A DNA stretch of 32,000 nt from Idiomarina loihiensis L2TR (lineage in GTDB: Bacteria; Pseudomonadota; Gammaproteobacteria; Enterobacterales; Alteromonadaceae), in NCBI RefSeq assembly GCF_000008465.1, contig NC_006512.1:1560001-1592000 (forward strand), given 5' to 3'. Each line of letters begins with the position of its first letter. Position 1 is the stretch's first letter. The position numbers and the translations under genes are program-made. Below are positions 17,643-25,696 of the stretch, piece after piece. The notes below the pieces were generated by a model that was given only the letters and a program-made list of their open reading frames with translations, did no database searches and was not told the origin of the DNA.

Positions 17643-18032
17643 ATGCCGACTTCTCCACGCTTTTATCGCTGGTTAACACAAGTTTGTTACTGGCCACTGC
17701 TCATTTTAGTTGCACTGTGGCACGGTATGCCAACCGACGCGCCGGGTACATTGCCAGTTTATATTGCTTTGTTCCTCTGGGTGCTGCCGTTGTTATTCCC
17801 TCTGCATGGTCTGGTTAAAGGCAAACCTTATACCCACGCATGGACTAATTTTGTTTTAATGTTTTACTTTCTGCATGGCTTAACCGTGGTCTACACCCAC
17901 CCGGATGAGCGTGTGTGGTCAATACTGGAACTGATATTTACAACCGGCGCATTTATTGGCGCAACAGGTTATGCCCGCTATCAGGGAAGAGCTCAGGGGT
18001 TAGGGCTGAAAAAACTAAAAGACTACGACTAA
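17643..18032 (+). CDS. Small membrane protein, 4 TM (DUF2069-type, family name from memory)
   Basis: It is a 129-aa hydrophobic protein with an AGGA RBS. The arsC-wrbA-DUF2069-hda order is recalled from Pseudomonas (the PA0950-PA0947 region). Confidence 0.65.
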   Translation: MPTSPRFYRWLTQVCYWPLLILVALWHGMPTDAPGTLPVYIALFLWVLPLLFPLHGLVKGKPYTHAWTNFVLMFYFLHGLTVVYTHPDERVWSILELIFTTGAFIGATGYARYQGRAQGLGLKKLKDYD

Positions 18033-18742
18033 ATTTCGAGAACCTGCTTAACAAAAGGAATTGTTAAGCGGCGTTGGTAAGTAATAGAGGCTTTATCAAG
18101 CTCGTTTAACGCTTTCATTAAATCCCGCATGGAACGACCCAGTCGTTGAGTCATAAAAGCCGCAACATCGTTCGGCAACTCCAGTCCACGCCATTGTGCC
18201 CGCAAAATTAACGCATTAATTTTTTCTTCGTCGTTCAGCGGCTGAACCTGAAAGCCCGTTGCCCATTGGAAACGCGACTGTAAATCCGGTAACAGAACTT
18301 TAGTTTGAGCAGCAGACTGTTTAGCCGTCATGACCAAACGTGTCGACTCATTATCGGTTACGCGATTAATAAGCGAGAACAACTCAAAACTCCAATTCTG
18401 TTCCAGCGTTACCGTATCAATATCATCCAGACAAATAAGATCAGCCTGATCAATTCCTTGCAGAACGGCCGATGCATCGGCTTTAGCCAACTCACGCAAA
18501 GGTAAATACGCAATGCGGTATTGCGACCCGGCCGAAGCTATAACGCTGTGCATTAAGTGGCTTTTTCCTACCCCACTCGCTCCCGACAACCAGGTCAATT
18601 GCTGGCTTCTCCTCAGCGGTGGCTCAGTTGTAGGCAAACTCTCTAACCAACTTAATAAGGTTGAGTTGTCGCCCGCAAGAAAAGTAGAAAATATCTCGTC
18701 ATCCGGCAACTGTACGGCTAACGGTAATTGCTGTGGTGACAT
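18029..18742 (-). CDS. hda: DnaA regulatory inactivator Hda
   Basis: The N-terminal clamp-binding-type motif QQLPLAV is followed by LPDDEIFSTF (E. coli has QLSLPLYLPDDETFASF). It has a degenerate Walker A GASGVGKSHL and the C-terminus ITYQRRLTIPFVKQVLEI (E. coli has ITAQRKLTIPFVKEILKL). Confidence 0.95.
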   Translation of the reverse strand: MSPQQLPLAVQLPDDEIFSTFLAGDNSTLLSWLESLPTTEPPLRRSQQLTWLSGASGVGKSHLMHSVIASAGSQYRIAYLPLRELAKADASAVLQGIDQADLICLDDIDTVTLEQNWSFELFSLINRVTDNESTRLVMTAKQSAAQTKVLLPDLQSRFQWATGFQVQPLNDEEKINALILRAQWRGLELPNDVAAFMTQRLGRSMRDLMKALNELDKASITYQRRLTIPFVKQVLEI

Positions 18743-19827
18743 CAGCGGCTCTCATTCCAACGATAAACCGGTGTTTCAGTCTGTCGCGCAGCAACAAACG
18801 GCCCGAGTTCCTGTGAAACCAGGCGTCCATCCAAGTTGATAGCCTGCAATATTTGATCGACCGGGCCGTTAACCACAATCTCGAATTCACTCATAGCTTG
18901 CGAGTATTCAAGTAAACGAACGTCGCTAACAGAGACAATGCTATCTAAAAACGCTTCCAACTCTAAAACACGATTTAAGCTACTTAATTTTTCAACTTTA
19001 ATCATCAACGTATTACGAACATTCTCATCACCCGCAGTAACACTGTACTGCTTAGCCAACTGCGCCATTAGCTGCTCGACCAGAGGCTCCGCTAGCCAGT
19101 CTGGACTGGTCGCTGTCACTTCACCGGAGAAACGGTCGTCTCCCACTTCAACAAACCAGTTTAAACTCCAGGGCTTTTCCTCGTTGTCCTGACGAATGAT
19201 ACGACCGATCAATAAACCGTCTGTGCCGTAACGCTCTGTAGTGGTTCTCACCGGGTCTAAAAAGCGCCCCCAGACATCGGTCGCATTTATGGTGAAACTG
19301 TCGGTCAAATCCATCAGCGGCAGCTGAATTGGAATACTGTATTGCTGCGCAAAGAATCTCAGTTGCTGGGTAAATACTGATTCACTATTACTATCAATGA
19401 TTACGCGCTGACCGTTGCTGTTTTCCTTCGCTATCCACAGCATCAGTTGTGGTCTCCGGCTGCCCCAGTAGGGTAACTGCTGCTCAGCCAGAAGTGCGCG
19501 TAACTTGCGGCCGTCAAATGTCGCCGTTAAAGTTCGCTGTCCTTCATTTTCACTGTAACCGTATTGAACCAGATAATTATTCACATCACGTTTTGCTCGC
19601 TGTATCGCATCATGCCCGGCCAATTCGGTTTGCCCCGTTAATTTTTTTATAACACGGTCAAACGCTTGTCCTATTGCCTGTTGCCGGTCAGATGAACTCT
19701 GCGAGGCCACTGCCACTTCTGCCGAATACAAATTTTCTATTAACCGCGCTTCGGCACCTGTCACCTTAAAAAGGCTAAACAGAAAAAATAAACTGGCAGC
19801 GAAGTAATGAATCTGCGACTTTGACAT
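18742..19827 (-). CDS. Secreted DUF2066-type protein (361 aa with the internal start), first gene of the hda operon
   Basis: The start at 19825-19827 gives a typical signal peptide: MSKSQIHYFAASLFFLFSLFKVTGAEA. The stop overlaps the hda start (TGATG). The conserved DUF2066-hda pairing is recalled from Pseudomonas and Vibrio. Confidence 0.7.
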   Translation of the reverse strand: MSKSQIHYFAASLFFLFSLFKVTGAEARLIENLYSAEVAVASQSSSDRQQAIGQAFDRVIKKLTGQTELAGHDAIQRAKRDVNNYLVQYGYSENEGQRTLTATFDGRKLRALLAEQQLPYWGSRRPQLMLWIAKENSNGQRVIIDSNSESVFTQQLRFFAQQYSIPIQLPLMDLTDSFTINATDVWGRFLDPVRTTTERYGTDGLLIGRIIRQDNEEKPWSLNWFVEVGDDRFSGEVTATSPDWLAEPLVEQLMAQLAKQYSVTAGDENVRNTLMIKVEKLSSLNRVLELEAFLDSIVSVSDVRLLEYSQAMSEFEIVVNGPVDQILQAINLDGRLVSQELGPFVAARQTETPVYRWNESR

Positions 19828-19831
19828 GTCA

Positions 19832-19840
19832 TTATCCAAA
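19832..19840 (+). promoter_or_regulatory. DnaA-box-like 9-mer TTATCCAAA (8/9) in the leader of the DUF2066-hda operon
   Basis: Read directly from the sequence. It lies 4 nt from the favoured start codon, and the same 9-mer is what I recall for E. coli oriC box R3. Confidence 0.35.
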
Positions 19841-19855
19841 TAAGACTTTGAGAGC

Positions 19856-19884
19856 ATATTAAACAGCCAGGTAGCGAACAGCAA
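19856..19884 (-). promoter_or_regulatory. Candidate sigma70 promoter of the DUF2066-hda operon (minus strand TTGCTG - 17 nt - TAATAT)
   Basis: The hexamers are at plus coordinates 19879-19884 (-35) and 19856-19861 (-10). This is a pattern match only. Confidence 0.3.
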
Positions 19885-19893
19885 GTAACAACT

Positions 19894-19902
19894 TGTGGAT
19901 AA
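19894..19902 (-). promoter_or_regulatory. Exact consensus DnaA box (TTATCCACA on the minus strand)
   Basis: The plus strand reads TGTGGATAA. It lies in the divergent intergenic region, 9 nt upstream of the candidate -35 of the hda operon. Confidence 0.55.
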
Positions 19903-19979
19903 GCTTGTGGGAATCTTCACTAGGAAAATAAAGCCACTAACGGTAGTATTGCGACAAACGGACGAAGGGTGACAAAGGC

Positions 19980-21266
19980 ATGCTAAAACAACAACTTCGC
20001 GGTATCAGCTCTCTGCTCGGCAGTATCAGTTTAATTGGGGTTTGTGTCGGCATGACCAGCACCCTGTTAAGTTTGCGCGCTACCATTGAAGGTTTTGGTA
20101 CCTTAGTCACCGGCTTTATCATGTCGGCTTATTTTATCGGCTATTTATTTGGCTCGACCCGCGCACCAAAAGATATTCGCAGGGTAGGCTATATTCGTTC
20201 ATTCGGCGGCCTTGCCGCGCTGGCTGCCTTTAGTATTCTGATGCAGGCCATCTGGGTCGATCCGGTGGTCTGGTTCGTCATGCGTTTTATAACCGGTTTC
20301 GCTATTTCTGGTATTTTCGTCATTGTTGAAAGCTGGCTTAATACCATGGCCGATAACCGTAGCCGCGGTACCCTGCTGTCAGTTTATCTGGTCATTATAT
20401 ACAGCGGACTCATTGTCGGGCAGCTGATTCTCGGTGTCGCCGACCCGGCTGGCTTTGTTGCTTTCGCTATTGTTGCTCTGCTCATTAACTTAGCGCTTAT
20501 TCCAATTCTGGTCAGCGTTACGGCTGAGCCTACAACGCACGAAAACAGAAAAGTCCCCATTTCACTGCTGCTGAAAACCGTTCCACTGGGCGTAATTAAT
20601 GCGTTTATAATGCAGGCCTGCTACGCCATGTTTTACGGTATAGGGCCAATGTATGCGTCCTACATAGGCCTTAGTGTTCTGCAAATTACCTTTTTCATGG
20701 CCGCCTTTATTGCCGGAGGCTTAATTTCGCAGGCACCATTTGGCTTATTGTCGGACCGCATCGACCGTCGTTTTGTTATGGCTATTTGTGCCGCCGGAGG
20801 GACACTTACCGCGGCGACCCTTTCACAGCTTAGTGCATCTAACGCTATTTTCATTTATTTAAACGTTGGTCTGCTCGGTGCGTTCATCTTGCCTTTATAT
20901 TCACTCGGCATGGCGCACACAAACGATTTTCTGGAACGAGATCAAATGGTGGGAGCAACCGGTGCCATCATTAAAATTGGAGGAGCAGGCTCTATTATTG
21001 GTGCGCCTGCGGTAGCTGCGTTAATGCAGTTTGGTGCCATTAATTACTTCTTTTTACTTTTAGCCGCGCTTACCTCCTGTGTTGGCTTTTATTCTCTGTA
21101 CCGCATTACACGTCGGGCAAAAGCAGAAGACCAGCTGCACAGCAACTTTGCCATACTGGCACCGTCACAAACTTCTGATGAGCTTTTAACGTCAATGGCT
21201 GAGGAAGCCCCGGAAACGGAAGAAGAAGACGACGAGGAAATGGAATCCAACGCCGTCCTTCGTTAA
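19980..21266 (+). CDS. MFS transporter (about 12 TM) with an acidic C-terminal tail
   Basis: The 428-aa protein has repeated hydrophobic helices and an MFS-type loop motif region. The tail is EEAPETEEEDDEEMES. Confidence 0.8.
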   Translation: MLKQQLRGISSLLGSISLIGVCVGMTSTLLSLRATIEGFGTLVTGFIMSAYFIGYLFGSTRAPKDIRRVGYIRSFGGLAALAAFSILMQAIWVDPVVWFVMRFITGFAISGIFVIVESWLNTMADNRSRGTLLSVYLVIIYSGLIVGQLILGVADPAGFVAFAIVALLINLALIPILVSVTAEPTTHENRKVPISLLLKTVPLGVINAFIMQACYAMFYGIGPMYASYIGLSVLQITFFMAAFIAGGLISQAPFGLLSDRIDRRFVMAICAAGGTLTAATLSQLSASNAIFIYLNVGLLGAFILPLYSLGMAHTNDFLERDQMVGATGAIIKIGGAGSIIGAPAVAALMQFGAINYFFLLLAALTSCVGFYSLYRITRRAKAEDQLHSNFAILAPSQTSDELLTSMAEEAPETEEEDDEEMESNAVLR

Positions 21267-21270
21267 AGGC

Positions 21271-22908
21271 TTAGTCTGACAGCAGGTCATTCACCCAGGT
21301 GGTGGCCTGCTCCAGAATGTCATCCAGATGTTGCTCGCTGACAAAGCTTTCTGCGTAAATTTTATAAACAGGCTCTGTGCCTGAAGGTCTGGCAGCAAAC
21401 CAGCCGTTATCAGTAGTCACTTTTATCCCACCAAACTGGGCGTCATTCCCTGCCGCTTTGGTAGAAATATCAGACACACTGTCACCCGCCAGTTCAGGCA
21501 GCTTTACTTTGTAGGCACGAATGTCTTTAAAGCGCGCATTCTTTTGCACACTGGAAGCCGTATCAACGCGACGATAATAAGCCGTACCATGTTGCTGGCA
21601 TAAGTCATCGTAATACTGGCCGGGGTTTTTACCGGTTTTCGTCAGTATTTCAGCCGCCAGCAGTGCCATGACAATGCCGTCTTTATCGGTCGTCCAGGTA
21701 TTGCCTTTACGGTCAAGTAAAGTAGCACCGGCACTTTCTTCACCGGCAAACGCAATTGAACGTTCAAACAACCCTTTAGCAAACCATTTAAAACCCACCG
21801 GTACTTCCATCAATGGTCGCTCGTTTGCGCCCACCACGCGGTCAATCATGGCACTGGACACTAGAGTTTTTCCAATAGCAATACTGCTATCCCAGTCGCG
21901 GTTCTTACATAAGTAATCTATTGCCACAGACAAATAATGATTCGGATTCAGTAAACCGTGTGTCGGAGTCACTATGCCGTGACGGTCATAGTCCGGGTCG
22001 TTACCAAAAGCCAAATCGTAATTGTCTTTCAGCTCGAGCAAGCTGGCCATGGCAAAAGGCGACGAGCAATCCATTCTAATCTTTCCGTCTTTATCCAACG
22101 GCATAAAAGAGAATGTCGGGTCGACCACGGCATTACGAACCTCAATCGATAAGTTGTAATGCTCTGCAATTTGCGTCCAGTACTTAGCGCCCGAGCCACC
22201 CATGGCATCAACCGCCAGTCTCAGTTTCGCATCCTGAATAGCCGACATATCAATGCAGTCATCAAGCTGGCTAATATACTGCGTGCGCCAATCAACAAAG
22301 GTTAGTTTCGGGTGCTGTAATACGTCTTCACTCTCACAGGTATTCACGCCGACAAGTCCTGAAGACAGTAACGCGTTTGCGTATTTCTCTATGGTTCGGG
22401 TCACGTCAGAGTCTGCCGGACCACCATGTGACGGGTTGTATTTAAAACCGCCATCTTCTGGTGGGTTATGCGAGGGTGTAATCACCACGCCATCGGCTTT
22501 AGCTGTGTTCTCACGGTTCCACTCAATAATCGCGCGGCTTAAAACCGGAGTTGGTGTGTAGTCATGCTCAGTCTGAACCTGAACCTCTACGCCATTGCCA
22601 ATAAAAACATCTAACGCACTAATGTAAGCAGACTCAGACAGCGCATGAGTGTCTTTAGCCACCATAATAGGTCCGGTAATGCCCTGCTCCTCGCGATAAG
22701 CACAAATAGCCTGAGCAATAGCCAGAATATGCGCTTCATTAAAGGAACGCTTCAATGAACTGCCTCGATGACCCGAGGTACCAAAACTGACTTTTTCAGC
22801 CGCTTTGCGTGGGTCCGGCTCATAAACATAATACGCACTGGTCAATTGCGCTATATTGGTCAAGTCGCTGGCCTGCGCCAACTGGCCTGCTCGCTCGTGA
22901 TCCGCCAT
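21271..22908 (-). CDS. pgm: Phosphoglucomutase (alpha-D-glucose phosphate-specific)
   Basis: It is 545 aa and has TSGHRG, the phosphoserine loop TPSHNPPEDGGFKYN, and GEESAG. The seqA-pgm operon order matches E. coli. Confidence 0.95.
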   Translation of the reverse strand: MADHERAGQLAQASDLTNIAQLTSAYYVYEPDPRKAAEKVSFGTSGHRGSSLKRSFNEAHILAIAQAICAYREEQGITGPIMVAKDTHALSESAYISALDVFIGNGVEVQVQTEHDYTPTPVLSRAIIEWNRENTAKADGVVITPSHNPPEDGGFKYNPSHGGPADSDVTRTIEKYANALLSSGLVGVNTCESEDVLQHPKLTFVDWRTQYISQLDDCIDMSAIQDAKLRLAVDAMGGSGAKYWTQIAEHYNLSIEVRNAVVDPTFSFMPLDKDGKIRMDCSSPFAMASLLELKDNYDLAFGNDPDYDRHGIVTPTHGLLNPNHYLSVAIDYLCKNRDWDSSIAIGKTLVSSAMIDRVVGANERPLMEVPVGFKWFAKGLFERSIAFAGEESAGATLLDRKGNTWTTDKDGIVMALLAAEILTKTGKNPGQYYDDLCQQHGTAYYRRVDTASSVQKNARFKDIRAYKVKLPELAGDSVSDISTKAAGNDAQFGGIKVTTDNGWFAARPSGTEPVYKIYAESFVSEQHLDDILEQATTWVNDLLSD

Positions 22909-23390
22909 TATAAAAAGTCCCTAATTTTTTCTGCATCAGCCGATTGATAACCCAGTTTTTCTGCTACCTGAGTCAGCATGGCTTTTTTCTTAGTCGTATT
23001 GGTATTGGTAATTACCCAAAATGGAGAGTCCGGAATCTGCTTCGGGTTCGTGCTGTTCCCCGATGTCAGTAAAGCTTCTTCTGAGCGGGCAAAATATTGA
23101 CGATCACGACCGCGAATATCCAGCACTTGCGAAAATTCGCTCGGGTGGCAGCGGTACAACATGCTTAAAATATACAGAAAGCGCGCTACTACGCTTTTCT
23201 GAATACGCACATCCTGCTCATTCAAACGGTTAAAAACCGACTCAGTGGGTTCGCTTTTGCTGTCGGCTTCAGGTTCACTGCTATTCACGTCCAGCAAACG
23301 ACGCAGAATATCCGATGCGCTCTCGCCTATTTGCCTGGTGTGGCTTGCAATGTACGTGTATAAGTCATCGTCAATGTCAATCCGCTTCAT
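22908..23390 (-). CDS. seqA: Replication initiation negative regulator SeqA
   Basis: [33 protein letters not shown] matches E. coli [33 protein letters not shown]. The start at 23388-23390 gives 160 aa. The stop overlaps the pgm start. Confidence 0.93.
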   Translation of the reverse strand: [160 protein letters not shown]

Positions 23391-23496
23391 TGTTGACTTT
23401 CTACCTCTAAAAATTGAAAGGTTGCGCTTTGTCACTTGCAACACCCCGACAAAGCCTTGAAAATATAGACCAAAGTTTATCACTAAAGGCAGTTCG

Positions 23497-24273
23497 ATGG
23501 CAGACTCTTCATTGTTGAATCACGAAACATTAGGTACGGATAGCAATCCGGCTATCATCATTATTCACGGCCTGTTTGGCGATAAAGACAATTTAAAAAG
23601 TCTTGCCCGTGAACTGTCAGAAAACTACTACTGCATTTTGCCCGACGCCCGTAATCATGGTGAATCGTTTCACAGCGACAGCATGACTTACCCGGACATG
23701 GCAGAGGACATTATCAAACTGGCTGACTCGCTGAACCTGAAACAGTTTTATTTAGTGGGTCATTCTATGGGGGGCAAAATAGCAATGGAAACTTGCATAA
23801 AAGCCCCTGAACGAATTCAAGCGGCGATATTTGCCGATATTTCACCCGCCGCTTACGACGGTACCCACGACAGCATATTAGACGCTCTTTCTAACCTGGA
23901 CATAGACCAGGTAAAAAGCCGCGGCGACGCCGACAAACAGTTAGCCGAGACAATTTCAGAAAAAGGTATACGCCAGTTTCTGCTGAAAAACCTGAAAAAA
24001 ACTGACGACGGTTACCAATGGCGGCTTAACCTAAAAGCGCTAAGAGAAAATTATCAGCAAATTTCAGCGGCTGTCAGCAAAGGCCAATACGACGGTCCGG
24101 TGCTTTTTATAAAAGGAGGTAGCTCAAACTACCTCACAGAAAAGCATCAACAAGACGTGGCAGCCCGATTTAGCAATGCCTCGGTAAAAGTTATTGAAGG
24201 TGCAGGCCACTGGCTACATGCCGAGAAACCAAGAATATTTAACCGCCTGGTCATTGAGTTTATAGCGCAGTAA
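23497..24273 (+). CDS. ybfF: Alpha/beta-hydrolase esterase YbfF
   Basis: IIIHGLFG..DNL, the GHSMGGK nucleophile elbow and GAGHWLHAEKP are colinear with E. coli YbfF. It is divergent from seqA, as in E. coli. Confidence 0.88.
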   Translation: MADSSLLNHETLGTDSNPAIIIIHGLFGDKDNLKSLARELSENYYCILPDARNHGESFHSDSMTYPDMAEDIIKLADSLNLKQFYLVGHSMGGKIAMETCIKAPERIQAAIFADISPAAYDGTHDSILDALSNLDIDQVKSRGDADKQLAETISEKGIRQFLLKNLKKTDDGYQWRLNLKALRENYQQISAAVSKGQYDGPVLFIKGGSSNYLTEKHQQDVAARFSNASVKVIEGAGHWLHAEKPRIFNRLVIEFIAQ

Positions 24274-24373
24274 TCTCGCCACCAGCCGTGCTTTATGGTA
24301 ATCTAAGCGCCGTAAAAAACAGTCAAGACCGCATTAAGCATTCTTAGGTTAAGTACCAGCGAGGTTAAGCAGT

Positions 24374-24589
24374 ATGTTAGCTGAGTATTACGAACAAATT
24401 GAAGTTCTGGCCACCAATTTTACGCTGGGCATACTATTCTTACTAATAGGCTTAGCCATTCGGGACGTGTTAAAACGTTCTGCAGTGCCCAAATTTGGCC
24501 AGGTTATTGTCTGGATGGTGCTCTTTCTTGGCTGTTTTGGCTTTATCGCTAAAGGTATTATTCAGGTGCTCTGGGAATCCGGAGTTTAA
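24374..24589 (+). CDS. Small 2-TM membrane protein (DUF2788-type, family name from memory)
   Basis: It is 71 aa with two hydrophobic helices and a GAGG RBS. It lies between ybfF and fldA. Confidence 0.6.
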   Translation: MLAEYYEQIEVLATNFTLGILFLLIGLAIRDVLKRSAVPKFGQVIVWMVLFLGCFGFIAKGIIQVLWESGV

Positions 24590-24610
24590 CCCAATTGATA
24601 ATTTACGCCG

Positions 24611-24630
24611 CTGAATGGCAACCCGTTCAG
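24611..24630 (+). terminator. Weak hairpin (8-bp stem, loop caac) followed by tactgTTTaTT; possible partial terminator before fldA
   Basis: The stem ctgaatgg/ccgttcag has one G-U pair. A TATAAT hexamer lies at 24644-24649, just downstream. Confidence 0.3.
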
Positions 24631-24666
24631 TACTGTTTATTCGTATAATCAGGTGAAAATTGACTT

Positions 24667-25200
24667 ATGGCAACTGTTGGAATTTTCTTTGGAAGCGACA
24701 CCGGTAACACCGAAGCCGTCGCACAGATGATTCAGAAAGAGCTTGGTAAAAAGCTCGTTGATGTAAAAGACATCGCCAAATCCAGTAAAGAAGATATTGC
24801 CAATTACGACTTACTATTGTTCGGTATTCCGACGTGGTATTACGGCGAAGCTCAGTGCGATTGGGATGACTTTTTCCCCGAACTGGAAGAAATCGATTTT
24901 ACGGACAAGCTCATTGCCATTTTTGGCTGTGGTGATCAGGAAGATTACGCTGAATACTTTCTTGATGCCATGGGCATGGTTCGCGACATTGTGGAAGCTC
25001 GTGGTGGCATTATTGTCGGACACTGGCCTACCGAGAGCTACAATTTTGAAGCCTCTAAAGGTATGGCCGACGACACACACTTTGTCGGTTTGGGCATAGA
25101 TGAAGACCGTCAGCCAGAGTTAACCAAAGAACGCGTTAGCAAATGGTGCCAGCAAGTTTATGAAGAAATGTGTCTGGCAGAACTGGCAAGTGACAGCTAA
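24667..25200 (+). CDS. fldA: Flavodoxin 1
   Basis: MATVGIFFGSDTGNTE...IPTWYYGE...FGCGDQEDYAEYF closely follows E. coli FldA (177 aa). Confidence 0.95.
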   Translation: MATVGIFFGSDTGNTEAVAQMIQKELGKKLVDVKDIAKSSKEDIANYDLLLFGIPTWYYGEAQCDWDDFFPELEEIDFTDKLIAIFGCGDQEDYAEYFLDAMGMVRDIVEARGGIIVGHWPTESYNFEASKGMADDTHFVGLGIDEDRQPELTKERVSKWCQQVYEEMCLAELASDS

Positions 25201-25245
25201 TACAGGGTATGCTGTTATACATGTTTAACTGAGATACTAATTATT

Positions 25246-25692
25246 ATGGCGAGTAACGACGAACAGCTGAAAAAAGCAGGACTAAAAGTCACTTCCCCAC
25301 GGATGAAGATTCTGGAGATTTTGAAAAAACCAGATAACCAACACATCAGTGCCGAAGATGTCTATAAAATTCTGCTGGAACAAAAAGATGAAATTGGCCT
25401 GGCTACCGTTTACCGGGTACTAAACCAGTTTGATGACGCTGGTATTATTACTCGCCACCACTTTGAAGGTGGGCGTTCGGTATTTGAGTTGAGTGCAAAG
25501 CACCACCACGATCATCTGGTGTGTTTAACCTGTGGCCACGTTTTTGAATTTGAAGATGACGTAATCGAAGAGCGTCAGGAAAAAGTAGCCGCAGCAAATA
25601 AAATTAAACTGACTAACCACAGTTTGTACCTTTACGGTGAATGTCAGCGTGGCGAAGGCTGCGAATACAAAGCTGCCGCTGAGGCAGAGTAA
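25246..25692 (+). CDS. fur: Ferric uptake regulator
   Basis: LKKAGLKVTSPRMKILE...ATVYRVLNQFDDAGI...HHHDHLVCLTCG. The fldA-fur order matches E. coli. Confidence 0.95.
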   Translation: MASNDEQLKKAGLKVTSPRMKILEILKKPDNQHISAEDVYKILLEQKDEIGLATVYRVLNQFDDAGIITRHHFEGGRSVFELSAKHHHDHLVCLTCGHVFEFEDDVIEERQEKVAAANKIKLTNHSLYLYGECQRGEGCEYKAAAEAE

Positions 25693-25696
25693 TAAT

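Noticed and set aside
24591-24606. Fur-box-like TTGATAATTT upstream of fldA, and GATACTAATTATT just before fur (25231-25243)
   Set aside because: Each matches only about one hexamer of the 19-bp Fur box consensus, which is too weak to call by eye.
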